A stretch of DNA of 64,000 bases from Candidatus Latescibacterota bacterium (GCA_965222075.1 OZ244937.1:2400001-2464000), one strand, 5' to 3'. Counted from the stretch's first letter, positions 37,535-48,035 are shown. The notes: generated from the sequence alone by a model not told the origin. Numbers and translations: made by a program.

Positions 37535-38033
37535 GAAGAATTTTTTCTTTTTCAGCTTAGGACCAGTAATTTCCGGTTAAGATTTTGCTGGGGTCAAAAA
37601 GCTGTTAAAATCTCCGCAAGGTATTTCTAAACAAAATGTTAAGCATAAAAACTTGCTTCGACACGACCGATATCTACCTTGGATAACCCTGCCAAACGGC
37701 GCTCTCGGAACCCATCGCCTTCGGGATGACGCCCAGATTGCTCAACTCGACTGCTCTTTGATCAAAAAGACTGTGCCGAAAGGCCCAAATCGTCCAAAAG
37801 GCCATTGGAAAGGCCTCGTTTGTATCCGATTTTTCGCTCGGAATCCTTAAGCAGGATGGTATGGCAAGAAAGGCTTCTGAGTTAAACCTTTGTTTCTAAT
37901 TGTCTTATTAAACGTTCCTTTGGCAAGCAATTTTCTAACCGGAAATTACTGCTTAGGACAAAAAAACGGCGCTTTTTCGCGTCTTCGGACGGCTGCATCT
38001 ACGTCACGCTTTGGTTGTAACGCCGCTCACATG

Positions 38034-38062
38034 AAAAAATCGGACCCGATGCACGGGTCCGA
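38034..38062 (-). terminator. Intrinsic terminator downstream of the methyltransferase
   Basis: TCGGACCCG-5 nt-CGGGTCCGA followed by T6 on the minus strand. Confidence 0.7.
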
Positions 38063-38179
38063 GGGCACCAACGATGGCTGGATGAGGCCCTGACGGTGAG
38101 CGGTTGTAAAGAGTTGCACACAGGGCCCCAAGAACCTTTTTGAATCCTTCAAAAATTCCCTGTCTTCTACTTCTTGGCT

Positions 38180-39373
38180 TTAGAATAATGTCTGTTGGAG
38201 CGACGGTTTATCTACTGCCAGCTTCGCTCCCTCATCCTCCTGAATCGGTTCCGGCTTTTCATTTGTTGATTCGAATATCTCCTTGTTGAGTAAATTCCAT
38301 ACGCCACAATATTTCTCCTGTGGATTCGGATCATAGCGCATCTCGAATTCTCGGCTTGAGAGCTTCCTGATCTCTCTCAGACCATTGACCAGAATTTCCA
38401 ATTCCTGCCTTGTCATAACAGGAAATCCGTAGTTTTTGTTTCTGTATTTCAGTGCGCCCTTGACAGCTGTTCTCGCTCTTACAAATTCTATGTGTCTCGC
38501 CAGCCTCTCGTCAATATACTGATTGGAGAACTCTACAATGTCAGTTGTTCTTGCGATCAGTGCATCTGAAAAATTCGGGTCAATTTCATAGCCTACGCTG
38601 TTTCTGCAAGAAGCCATCGCAGCTGCCATAGAGGTGCCGGTTCCCAAAAAAGGATCCAAGATTAAATCTCCCTTCACAGAGAACATATTGATCAACCTGT
38701 ATGCCAATTCAAATGGGAAAGCCGCGCTTCTCTTCCGGACACCTTGATCATCCAACCTTTGCCTGGCTCCCTTCATATCCATCCAGATATCAGAAAACCA
38801 TATATTTCTTTCTTCCCAGAAAAAGCTGCTCCTCTTCCGGCGAAGTTCGTCTTCCTGCTTCTCGAACTCCCTCTTCCCTCCTTTCCTTAAGACAAGAATG
38901 AATTCGTGCTCTAAGGTAACATAAGCACCTGGCGGCAACATACCACTGCCCATGAACTTATTGGGTGCGTTAGTCTGTTTTCTCCACAGAATTTCCGGCA
39001 ATGCCTGAAAGCCTGCCTTCAAACAATGGTGTACAATTCTTGAATGGCTGGGATAGAGCTTGAAATCTCCGTTTATCGTTCTTGTGGCATCACCTATGTT
39101 GATGCAGGCAATACCTCCTGACTTCAAAACTCTATAGACCTCATGCCATACCTTATCAAGAAGCTGATTCATTAACTCAAATGCACGATTGCCATCTTTG
39201 TTCTGCAATGCTTCCCTTATTTCAGGATTCTGCTCACTAAAGACCTCATCCCACATCTCAATCATAGGATAAGGCGGTGAAGTAATCATCAAGTCCACAG
39301 AGTCGGACTTAAGTTCTTTCATATTATTGGCATTGCCAAAAAATATCTTATGTGTAGTTTTTAGCCCACCCAC
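38180..39373 (-). CDS. Site-specific DNA methyltransferase, beta class (likely N4-cytosine)
   Basis: TSPPY catalytic motif precedes the LDPFLGTG SAM-binding motif; AT-richer than flanks. Confidence 0.92.
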   Translation of the reverse strand: MGGLKTTHKIFFGNANNMKELKSDSVDLMITSPPYPMIEMWDEVFSEQNPEIREALQNKDGNRAFELMNQLLDKVWHEVYRVLKSGGIACINIGDATRTINGDFKLYPSHSRIVHHCLKAGFQALPEILWRKQTNAPNKFMGSGMLPPGAYVTLEHEFILVLRKGGKREFEKQEDELRRKRSSFFWEERNIWFSDIWMDMKGARQRLDDQGVRKRSAAFPFELAYRLINMFSVKGDLILDPFLGTGTSMAAAMASCRNSVGYEIDPNFSDALIARTTDIVEFSNQYIDERLARHIEFVRARTAVKGALKYRNKNYGFPVMTRQELEILVNGLREIRKLSSREFEMRYDPNPQEKYCGVWNLLNKEIFESTNEKPEPIQEDEGAKLAVDKPSLQQTLF

Positions 39374-39495
39374 TTTTCCTAATCATCCTCCATACTCTTT
39401 TCCCAAGTTCAGTAGCCTGATACAGCCTGCTTTTGCGATCATTTTCACTCAGACATACAGACTGATATGTAATCCTGTAACATATCTCTATCTCG

Positions 39496-40095
39496 TCAAA
39501 ATAGTGTTGCTTGGTCTTCATCTGGTATTTCTATTCTAATACCGTCTTTCTTCTTATCATAATAGACAATAGTTGCATCAATTGACTCAGCCAGGCTTGG
39601 CTTTGATTTATAGGTGATTGGTTTGATTGAAACTGGCTGATCACCAACAAATCCATCTATCCCTTGTTTTTCTTCATAAGGATGAGCCAGACGATAATCA
39701 CAACCTTTCAACTCAGCCATCCTCTTCAAAATTGCTTCTTGAAACCGAAGGCCTGTAAAAGTCTTCACAAGCACTAAATCCTCGACCCATCTTTTGACAA
39801 GCTCTCGGCCAATAGCTGGAAATGCTGTTTGTAACTTTTCCAGCATTGACATAATCCTGTCAGTGGCACTATCAATCGCGTCGGGATTGTTTTGGAGATA
39901 CCACCCAACCCATTCCTGATATGTTCTGCCCGGAAACTGCTGAATCAGTTCGCTCAGTTGTCCGACTACTTTTGGTCTGGTTCCCTGCGCATTTTGATTA
40001 GCCAGATTGATTATCTGGGTTGTATATTTTGGAAAATCCGACAGAGGGGCATCTACATACTCCTGAATCTCTTCATTTCTGAGCTTAAGTCGCAC
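39496..40095 (-). CDS. Type II restriction endonuclease, MjaI-family-like
   Basis: FPKYTTQIINLANQNAQGTRPKVVGQLSELI, GIDG...VSIKP PD-(D/E)xK-like core; adjacent to the MTase. Confidence 0.8.
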   Translation of the reverse strand: MRLKLRNEEIQEYVDAPLSDFPKYTTQIINLANQNAQGTRPKVVGQLSELIQQFPGRTYQEWVGWYLQNNPDAIDSATDRIMSMLEKLQTAFPAIGRELVKRWVEDLVLVKTFTGLRFQEAILKRMAELKGCDYRLAHPYEEKQGIDGFVGDQPVSIKPITYKSKPSLAESIDATIVYYDKKKDGIRIEIPDEDQATLF

Positions 40096-40231
40096 AGATC
40101 ACCTCGCAGAAATATGGCCTCCACTGTCCTGGCTCTCGTAAGATAGTCACTATTTCTGAAATGGTCAATGGTAAGGACAACAGCGGGAAAAAATCCTTGG
40201 CCTTGCGTATCGGAAATTCTTCGTATCCTCA

Positions 40232-41839
40232 TTATCGGCTGAAAGTCGCAGTTCCGCCATCGCGGCGTGGGTCCGACGCTGCATCAAAGCCGCCCTGATC
40301 GATGACGATACACTGCACTCTGGCAAAAGATGGAGCGTAGTTGAAGAACTGCTGCTCGACCTGCATGCCCCGGCTTTGCAAAGCCTCCACCGTGGCCTGC
40401 GGGATGCGCAGCTCGCAGAACACGGGCTGGCCTTCACTGTGGAAGCGCGGCGCGGATACCGCCTCCGTGGGTGACATTCCAAAGTCCACAATATTCACAA
40501 TGGCCTGCACGACGGCCGAGGTGATAGACCAGCCTCCCGGCGCTCCCACCACCATGCAGGGTCGGCCATCGCGGAAGATGATGGTAGGGGAAATGGCGCT
40601 GGCGCGTGCCTTGCCGGGCACGTACGAGTTGGGCCGGCCCGGAATGGGGTCCATCAGCGCAACACAATCATTCCAGTACGTCCCTGTGCCGGGCACCACA
40701 ACGCCGCTGCATGTGGTCAGGGTGTGGGTTATGGTAACGCAGTTGCCCTGTTCGTCGGCAGCGCACAGATGCGTCGTGTGCCCGGGAGCATCGAGCGTTT
40801 TGTGGTCGGGCAGCTCGCGCCGCCTGATACGGGCGGCGATATCCGCGGCGTGCTCGCGGGAGAGAAGCTGCTCCACTGGCACGTCCCAGAACCGAGGGTC
40901 CGCCAGGTGCCGGAAGCGAGTCACGCCGGCCCAGGAGAGCGTTGCGGCGATGATATAGGCGTGGTCCGGCCCGTTGTGCTCCAGGGAAGACAGATCGAAG
41001 CATTCGAGCACGTTTAGCATCTGTTGGAGCAGAAGACCGCCGCCCGGCAGGGGAGGAGAGTGGACGTCGCAGTCACGGTAAATGCCCTGAATGGGTGATT
41101 CGCGCCGCACCTGGTAGCGTTCAAGATCGGCTCGAGTGACAAAGGCATCGTTCTCCTCGAAGTCGCGGGCGATCTCATCGGCCAGTTCACCACGGTAGAA
41201 ATCCTCCGGACCGTGCCTGACCAGCCGCTCCAAAGTACGTGCCTGATCGGGATTGCTGTAATGATCGCCGCGCCCGCGCAGCTCGCCGTCGGCCTTCTGC
41301 CACAAGGCCCTGATACCGGGGGTGCATTGCGCACGCAGCCTTGGGTGGGGCAGACCCTGGATGGATGACTCCCGCAGGACTGCGGCCACGTATTCAGGCA
41401 CGGGATAGCCTTGTTCGCTCCATTCAATAGCGGGTTGAAGGAGCTCCGCCCACGACCGGGTGCAATAGCGCCGGTGCAGCTCGCCCAGGCCGGCCACCGT
41501 GCCGGGGGTCATAATCGCCTGGTAGCCGAGCATGTTGCGGAAGTCGTCGAACAGGGCAAAGTGCCAGATATCGGTGAAGCCGCGCACATCGTTCACCCAG
41601 ATTTCCGGGTACATCCGCTCGCCGATGGTCGGCCAGAATCCGATGCTCTCGGTCCTGCCGCAGCGTGCGTCGTACACAGTGGCGCTGCCCCAGCCGCCAA
41701 GCCCGCACATAAACGGGTCGAACACGATCTGAGCGACCGCGGCAGCGACGGCGGCATCGAACGCATTTCCGCCGCGCTCAAGCATCCGGGCGCCTATCTC
41801 TGTGGCCATAGGTTGCGGAGCAACGACTACGCCCTTCAT
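40232..41839 (-). CDS. ggt: Gamma-glutamyltransferase family protein
   Basis: GGNAFDAAVA, TPGTVAGL, catalytic HTTHL, GAPGG, SDPRRDG; likely ATG 41839. Confidence 0.9.
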   Translation of the reverse strand: MKGVVVAPQPMATEIGARMLERGGNAFDAAVAAAVAQIVFDPFMCGLGGWGSATVYDARCGRTESIGFWPTIGERMYPEIWVNDVRGFTDIWHFALFDDFRNMLGYQAIMTPGTVAGLGELHRRYCTRSWAELLQPAIEWSEQGYPVPEYVAAVLRESSIQGLPHPRLRAQCTPGIRALWQKADGELRGRGDHYSNPDQARTLERLVRHGPEDFYRGELADEIARDFEENDAFVTRADLERYQVRRESPIQGIYRDCDVHSPPLPGGGLLLQQMLNVLECFDLSSLEHNGPDHAYIIAATLSWAGVTRFRHLADPRFWDVPVEQLLSREHAADIAARIRRRELPDHKTLDAPGHTTHLCAADEQGNCVTITHTLTTCSGVVVPGTGTYWNDCVALMDPIPGRPNSYVPGKARASAISPTIIFRDGRPCMVVGAPGGWSITSAVVQAIVNIVDFGMSPTEAVSAPRFHSEGQPVFCELRIPQATVEALQSRGMQVEQQFFNYAPSFARVQCIVIDQGGFDAASDPRRDGGTATFSR

Positions 41840-42036
41840 ACGTTGTCTCCTCCTCTTGTCGTGTGGACCGCCACGAAGCGGGTGATGCCACGATGCCTGG
41901 TGGTGAAACAGATCCGTTTTTGTACCATCCCGTCTCCCGGCCCGCAATCCCGAAGCACAAATGAGGAGAAACCATTCGGGAGATAAGCGACACGGTGGCC
42001 GATCCCCGGTATGTTGTCGCGTGATAGACGGTCGGT

Positions 42037-43062
42037 CTAACGCGGAGCTTCGCCTTCCCAGGTATAGTCCACGTATTCTCCCTCGGCCACGGCCCGGGCG
42101 GATGCCATCATCGTTTCAAGGTCCCCCCTGGGCCGGTACCCGATCCAGCTCTTCGCACGGGTGATGTCGTGGTCGTAGCGCCACCGCACGGGCAGGCGGA
42201 CCTCCAGAGGCTCCCGTCCGGTGATCTCGGCCAGCATCCCTGCCCCCTCGGGAAATGTGAATGGCGCGGGCGCCCCGGCGTTGAAGGATGCGTCTAAGGC
42301 GCCGGGCGCTTCCAGCGCGCAGACCAGGCACCCGGCGATATCCCGCGCATCGTTGGGCTGGTAGTACCACGGCCGTCCGTCCAGGTCCCGCATGCTGCAC
42401 GGCTGGTCCGGGTCTTCCGCCCGTGCCTCCACTTCCTCCCACAGCTTCCGCCCCTCGCCCGCGTAAAGCTCGCTTTTGGGGTTGTTCTCGGCCTTCCTCA
42501 GCACACTGCACACACAGGCAACCGTAAACTGCTTGAAAATCGCCGTCCCGGACAACACGTGGCTCGGCCGAACGATCACCGTCCGCAGCCCCGTGCACCG
42601 GGCCACCATCTCCGCGATCTCCTCCCCGATCAGCTTGGAGAGGGAATACTCGCTGTCGGGACGTTTCGGGTGCTGTTCGTCCACCGGGTGGTAGGCGCAG
42701 GCAAAAACTTCTCCGTTATTGGGAAAAACGCCGGAGGAACTCACGTAAATGTAGCGGTCGAGCGCGTCTGCCGCCTCACCACAGGCCCGGGCAACCTCCA
42801 GATTGGTCCGGACGTTGTTCTCGAAATAAGGGCCGACCAGATTGGCGGTGTGGATCACCGCATCCATCCCCCGCACCGCCTGTTTCGTGAACTCACCGTC
42901 GGTCAAATCGCCCGCAACAAGCTCGATATCCAGCCCCTCGATGCGCTCCAGCGCAGGATCTTCCAGGAGCACCGTGCCCCTCACCTCGTGGTTTCGTTCC
43001 AGGAGCTGCCGCACCAGCCGGCACCCCACCTGTCCGGCGGCCCCGGTGACAAGCGTTTTCAT
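42037..43062 (-). CDS. NAD-dependent epimerase/dehydratase (extended SDR)
   Basis: LVTGAAGQVG and YSLSK. Confidence 0.88.
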   Translation of the reverse strand: MKTLVTGAAGQVGCRLVRQLLERNHEVRGTVLLEDPALERIEGLDIELVAGDLTDGEFTKQAVRGMDAVIHTANLVGPYFENNVRTNLEVARACGEAADALDRYIYVSSSGVFPNNGEVFACAYHPVDEQHPKRPDSEYSLSKLIGEEIAEMVARCTGLRTVIVRPSHVLSGTAIFKQFTVACVCSVLRKAENNPKSELYAGEGRKLWEEVEARAEDPDQPCSMRDLDGRPWYYQPNDARDIAGCLVCALEAPGALDASFNAGAPAPFTFPEGAGMLAEITGREPLEVRLPVRWRYDHDITRAKSWIGYRPRGDLETMMASARAVAEGEYVDYTWEGEAPR

Positions 43063-43180
43063 AGCTTTTCCTCCATTTATCGTGAGTGCATCACACCAGC
43101 GCCGCTCCAGGCGCCTGCCGCGTGGAAAAACGTCCGGATGGTTCACCACTTCTTCAAAATGCAGGTGTCGCTTTTGACCA

Positions 43181-44153
43181 TCAATCGAAATTCACCTTTT
43201 CCGTCATCCGGCCGTATCGCGCCCGCAGTTCATCCACAACCTCCCGCGCCAGGGGAGGCAGGGCGAGGGCGTTCAGATTCTCCCGAACCTCGTCCGGGCT
43301 CTGGGCCCCCAGGATGATACAGGATACGCCGGGAGCAGCCAGGACAAATCGGATCGCCACCTGCGTCAGCGTCCTGTACGGGGCCCGAACGGCGATTTCG
43401 CGGAGTTCCTGGACGGTTCGGAGCGCGTATGCGAGCTTTTTCGGATTGTATCGCGCCCTGTGATCGTTGTCGGTGAAGACGTGGTCAGGCGCATACGAGC
43501 CAGTCAGGAGACCGCTTTCCAGCACCGTCCGCACGATAACCCCAACGCCGTTCTGTCCCGCCCGCTCAATCACCTCCATGTTCCGCTGTCGCAGAATATT
43601 GCAAACCACTTGAATAACGTCCACCTTTCCCGTCGCCATATAGGTATCGCACAGCGCCTCGGTCGCCGCTGTTACGTTCGGACCTTTGATCGAAGCCCCG
43701 ATTGAGCGGATCTTACCGGCCTTTTTGAGCGCAAGCATCTTTTCCAGCGCCTGCTCGATGACCTCCGGCGCTTCGGGCGGGGTGTGAAGAAAATAGACAT
43801 CCACATAATCCGTTCCGAGCGTTCGCAGCGTCCCTTCCAGATTTTCATCGATTTCGGCCACGCTCTCCGCGTCCGCACCCGCGTGGGTCTTGGACGAAAT
43901 GACAAGCAGTTCCCGATTTCCCGACTGCTTGAGATATTTCCCAATCATCCTCTCCGAATTGTTGTAGGTGCGTGCCGTGTCCAGGAAGTTCCCCCCGCCG
44001 TCCACATAGGCTTCCAGTACTTTCAGGGCCTGTTCCTCCGTTACCGCGCCATAGTTGAGGCGTGCACCCGTTCCCCCAAGGGGCCAGGTCCCCAACCTCG
44101 CTCACTTCCCGGCCCGTTCGACCCAGGCTCCGACGATTGATGTTTTTCAACAT
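43181..44153 (-). pseudogene. Aldo/keto reductase with frameshift near 44095
   Basis: MLKNINRRSLGRTGREVSEVG (ATG 44153) is out of frame with GTWPLGG...DTARTY...SSK...LH. Confidence 0.75.
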
Positions 44154-44323
44154 TTCTTTTCTCTCTCCGTTGTAATGCAGACGGCCCCTGTGCCGGAATC
44201 GCCATTCTGAATATAGCCATTCCGTGGTGGAAGAGGCAAAGCCTTTCGGTACAAAGCGCAATCCCCGCCGGACAACGCAGCCAACGGGGATTGTCTGAAA
44301 CGGCGGCCCGGGAGGATCGCAAC

Positions 44324-45148
44324 CTAATCTTCCCACCGGTCCAGCCCCAGCAGCTTCCGCCCCAGCGGCGTCAGCTCTGCCGTCTTCCCTTCGTAATACT
44401 CTTTCTCCCGCTCGTTTTTGCCCAGCCCCGTCAGCCGCTCCTGCCAGCCCCGGATGCGCTCCTGGCGCGCCGCCTCGTCCGCTTCCCTCGCCGGCGACAT
44501 CGTGATGTACTGCGCGATCCGGGGCCGCTTAGCCCTGTTCGGGGAGCTCCCGTGCGGCAGCGCGCTGTGCCAGATCACCAGGTCCCCGGCCTTCCCCGAA
44601 ATCGGCGCGGCCTCCTGCCCGAATTCCTCCCTCACCCGCTGCCGGGGATCAACGCCCTCCGGCAGCCCCTCCAGCCAGTCCGCCAGCTTCCGGTGAAACC
44701 CTGGAATACACGTAAACGCCCCCTGGTTCGCCGCCGTATCCGCCAGATAGAGTACCCCCTGCACCCGAAACCGCGTTGGATCGCCCAGATCCATATCCCA
44801 GTGCAGATAAGGGCCTGTAAACGCGTAGCCCGGCCGCTCCGGCGGATTCAGGCTTGCCCGGTCGAAGCTCACCCACAGCCTCTCTGTCCCCCAGATCTCC
44901 GAAAACGCCCCATGCACCCGGGGGTACTGACGGTTGTCCCACAGCGCCTGGTGCTGGTAGATCTCCACCATAATCCCCCGCCTGGGCGGGTCGGGGTACC
45001 AGGTCTCCGGATCGTCCGGTTCCATCTCCAAAAACGCCCACACCGCCTGCTCGGCCGCCCGGCAGTTCTCCGGGGATGCGGCGCTACGTACCACCAGGTA
45101 CCCGTTCTCCTCCCAGAACCTCCGATCCTCCGCGCTCAAAACAGGCAT
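44324..45148 (-). CDS. Phytanoyl-CoA dioxygenase (PhyH) family Fe(II)/2OG enzyme
   Basis: HWD...HGS facial triad; ENGYLVV N-terminus. Confidence 0.88.
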   Translation of the reverse strand: MPVLSAEDRRFWEENGYLVVRSAASPENCRAAEQAVWAFLEMEPDDPETWYPDPPRRGIMVEIYQHQALWDNRQYPRVHGAFSEIWGTERLWVSFDRASLNPPERPGYAFTGPYLHWDMDLGDPTRFRVQGVLYLADTAANQGAFTCIPGFHRKLADWLEGLPEGVDPRQRVREEFGQEAAPISGKAGDLVIWHSALPHGSSPNRAKRPRIAQYITMSPAREADEAARQERIRGWQERLTGLGKNEREKEYYEGKTAELTPLGRKLLGLDRWED

Positions 45149-45240
45149 ACGAACCTCCTCTTGCGATCAGCAATCCCCCTTCGCCGCGTCGCCCCCATCG
45201 GTCCGCTGAAATACGGCGTCAACTCGCCTCTTCCTCCCCG

Positions 45241-46266
45241 TTAATTCTCCGAATTCACCGCCTGGATCATGGCCTTGATGTAGCCAAACTGGAAGGCAAA
45301 CGCCTGCTCGAAGCTCCCTGGAGCGTCATGTCCGGGCGCGTGGTCGGGCACGACCATATGGGGGTAGCCGACCTCTTTCAGGGTCTTCATCAGCGTGTTC
45401 ATATTCATCACACCTTCGTCCGGCCAGACCTCCTGGAATTTATTTCGACCTCCGATGATGTTTCGGTAATGGATCAGGTGAATCTTCTTTCGTTCACCGA
45501 AGTACCGGATGATGCCGGGCACCTCGTTGGCCGGGTCTTTCACACTCTCGGCCATACATCCCAGGCAGAGGTTGAGCCCGTGGTAGGGGCTGGGACAGAT
45601 CTCGAGGAAGTGCTTGAAGCCCTCGGCCCCACCCAGGACGCGGTCCACGCCCTTGTACCCCGGCGGCAGCCACGGATCGCACGGGTGGCAGGCCATGCGC
45701 ACCTTGCATTCCTCTGCAACGGGAATGACGCGCTCAAGGAAAAAGGTGACCCGCGCCCAGTTCTCCTCCGCGGTCACGGGCTTGTCGTACCGGGGCGTGT
45801 CCGCGTCGGCCCTGGAGAGATCCCAGGTGGAATATCTCACGCCGCCCCGGCCCGGCGGCGTGCTCTCCGTACGCTGGTTTTCCATCTCGCACAGGAAATA
45901 CTTGATGGCGGGGATGCCCGCATCCGCCGTCGCCCTTACCATCTTGCAGACCAGTTCGATCTCCTTCTCGCCCTTCTCCTGGTTCCCCAGCATGTAATTG
46001 GGAACCGATCCCCCATCTTCGTTGAACTGGTGAATGGGCAGAGCCACCATCTCCATATCTACGCCATAGCTTTTGCACTTCTCCTTCTTCGCGGCCAGTT
46101 CTTCCGCGTCCCATCCGTAGTCGTGAGAAAAGGTAATGTCGTTGACGGCCATACTGTTCACACCAAGACGCTCGAGAAATGCAAGGTGTTCATCGGATGT
46201 CGTGAACCGCTGAGTGCCCACGTGCATTTGCGGATTTTGGGGATCCCAGGACGCACTTGTTTCCAT
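45241..46266 (-). CDS. Mannonate dehydratase (UxuA)-family protein
   Basis: FLERVIPVAEE..VRMACHPCDP, LCLGC, IHYRN, PDHAP. Confidence 0.85.
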   Translation of the reverse strand: METSASWDPQNPQMHVGTQRFTTSDEHLAFLERLGVNSMAVNDITFSHDYGWDAEELAAKKEKCKSYGVDMEMVALPIHQFNEDGGSVPNYMLGNQEKGEKEIELVCKMVRATADAGIPAIKYFLCEMENQRTESTPPGRGGVRYSTWDLSRADADTPRYDKPVTAEENWARVTFFLERVIPVAEECKVRMACHPCDPWLPPGYKGVDRVLGGAEGFKHFLEICPSPYHGLNLCLGCMAESVKDPANEVPGIIRYFGERKKIHLIHYRNIIGGRNKFQEVWPDEGVMNMNTLMKTLKEVGYPHMVVPDHAPGHDAPGSFEQAFAFQFGYIKAMIQAVNSEN

Positions 46267-46445
46267 TGTAAAGTCTCCTTTCTATGCCTGCCCTGTTGTG
46301 GTACTGTTGACCGCTCTCCGTCTTCTGCCCGGATCGGCAGTTTTCAGGCTTGAAGCCAGCCCCACTTTTGAACAAAGATTGATAATACACCGGTTTTTGA
46401 AGCCGCGCAAGCAGAAAGTGGCGCCCGGTCACCCGACAGAGAGGG

Positions 46446-46484
46446 AAAAAAACAAGTGCCGATCTTACATAAGTCGGCACTTGT
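46446..46484 (-). terminator. Terminator after the cold-shock gene
   Basis: ACAAGTGCCGA...TCGGCACTTGT with a T-tract on the minus strand. Confidence 0.75.
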
Positions 46485-46517
46485 ACAACCTGCGAAAATC
46501 CTCGGGGTGTTTCCGGA

Positions 46518-46718
46518 TTATCGCTTCACCACGTTTGCGGCCTGGAGCCCCTTGGGGCCCTGAGCAATGTCGAATTCGACATTGTCACCCTCGGCCAACG
46601 ACTTAAATCCATCGCCCTGGATCGCAGAATAATGGACAAATACATCTTCGCCGCCATCCTGTTCGATAAAGCCAAAGCCCTTGGAGTCGTTAAACCACTT
46701 CACTGTGCCATCTGCCAA
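46518..46718 (-). CDS. cspA: Cold-shock protein
   Basis: GTVKWFN, KGFGFI (RNP1), VFVHYS (RNP2); TTG start. Confidence 0.95.
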   Translation of the reverse strand: MADGTVKWFNDSKGFGFIEQDGGEDVFVHYSAIQGDGFKSLAEGDNVEFDIAQGPKGLQAANVVKR

Positions 46719-46769
46719 CTGTCTTCACCACCTTTCTATATTGGAATTTCTGTGCCGGGTCGCCCAAAT

Positions 46770-46896
46770 AAAAAAAACGGCAAAGATCGGAATTTCTGAT
46801 CCTTGCCGTATCATTTTCGTGTTCGACTGCACAGGAGACAGAAACTACATTCTTCTATTCGCCTGATAAGATACTCAATTCCTCCTTAAAAGTCAA
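46770..46896 (-). promoter_or_regulatory. csp promoter and leader containing a terminator-like hairpin
   Basis: TTGACT-17-TATCTT (46896-46868); leader hairpin ACGGCAAGGATCAG/CCGATCTTTGCCGT followed by a T-run. Confidence 0.65.
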
Positions 46897-46963
46897 CAGT
46901 TTTTTATCTCATCCAGCAGCGCCCGGCAGCACCGCAAGCCCACCCAACGCAACCGGACAAGCG

Positions 46964-46989
46964 TGAATATTGAAAATTTTCAATATTCA
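46964..46989. repeat. Perfect 26-bp AT-rich palindrome
   Basis: TGAATATTGAAAA|TTTTCAATATTCA. Confidence 0.9.
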
Positions 46990-47027
46990 GTATTCAGGTC
47001 TCTGCAGTAAACGCTTACCCTCACGCC

Positions 47028-48035
47028 TCACGCGCAGTCCGGATGCCCATCAACCCAGCGTCCGAATTTCACGTCCATCTGTCCATCCTGATTGACCTTC
47101 GACATCCTCTCCCGGGTCTCCAGCCACATCTCCGTCCATCGGTCCGCGTCCCGAAGCTCGGTTTCCGGATGCTTCCGGCTGCGGGCCACGAACCCCGGGA
47201 ACACCTCGCGGCCCGTGTGATGGCCGATCGGATTGTACCGCAGGTCGAAACTCCACCGGATCGTATCGCTCACATTGGGCAGCGACCCGTGCACCGTCTG
47301 CTTGTGCACCAGGATGACCGTCCCCCGTTTCACCGGTAGCGCAACCGTGCGCTCCACCTCGAACAACCGCTCCGGAATCTGCCTGCCCCCTGCCAGCTTC
47401 GGTCCGTTTCCGTGGTAATTCGGACAGTGGGTCAACAGGCCGCTCCTGTGGCTGCCCGGCACCACCTTCAGCGGCCCCTGTTCGAGTGAAACGTCCTGCA
47501 GCGCGAACCACACGGTCAGCATCCGGGTCTCATCCGCCTCCTCGATGACCACCCCCTGGTCCTGGTGCCAGTGCGTTTCGCCTAAGATCGGATTCCCGAA
47601 TTGATCTTTGGGCAGAATCTGTTCGGGCGGTTTGATACGAACGTGCTGCACCGGATTCGAATAGATCTCCGGCCCGATCAGGGATTCCACAGCATCCAAG
47701 AGGGACTCCGCCGTAAACGCGTTGAGCACGGCCTGTCCGGACCAGAAGGGCGTGTCCGGTTCCACCCCACTGAACGGCAGGGAGAAATCGAAATACTGCT
47801 TGTGAACGTCCCCCGTCTCAATGCAGATCTTGATGAACCGCTCGCCGAACGGCAGGTCTTCAAATCGCGAGGAAATCTCCTCCCGCTCATAAAGCTTATC
47901 CGCCAGACGGTCCAGCACGCCGGTATACTCCTCGATCACCGGGTCCAGGACCGCTTCAGGATCAAGCACGTCCTCGGCCACAACAAAACCCTGTTCCTCA
48001 AACTGTTCGACCTGTTCACGGGTCAACGCGCCCAT
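47028..48035 (-). CDS. PhyH-family Fe(II)/2OG dioxygenase
   Basis: WHQD...VHGS...RWSFDLRY; likely ATG 48035 with GGAGG RBS. Confidence 0.9.
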   Translation of the reverse strand: MGALTREQVEQFEEQGFVVAEDVLDPEAVLDPVIEEYTGVLDRLADKLYEREEISSRFEDLPFGERFIKICIETGDVHKQYFDFSLPFSGVEPDTPFWSGQAVLNAFTAESLLDAVESLIGPEIYSNPVQHVRIKPPEQILPKDQFGNPILGETHWHQDQGVVIEEADETRMLTVWFALQDVSLEQGPLKVVPGSHRSGLLTHCPNYHGNGPKLAGGRQIPERLFEVERTVALPVKRGTVILVHKQTVHGSLPNVSDTIRWSFDLRYNPIGHHTGREVFPGFVARSRKHPETELRDADRWTEMWLETRERMSKVNQDGQMDVKFGRWVDGHPDCA

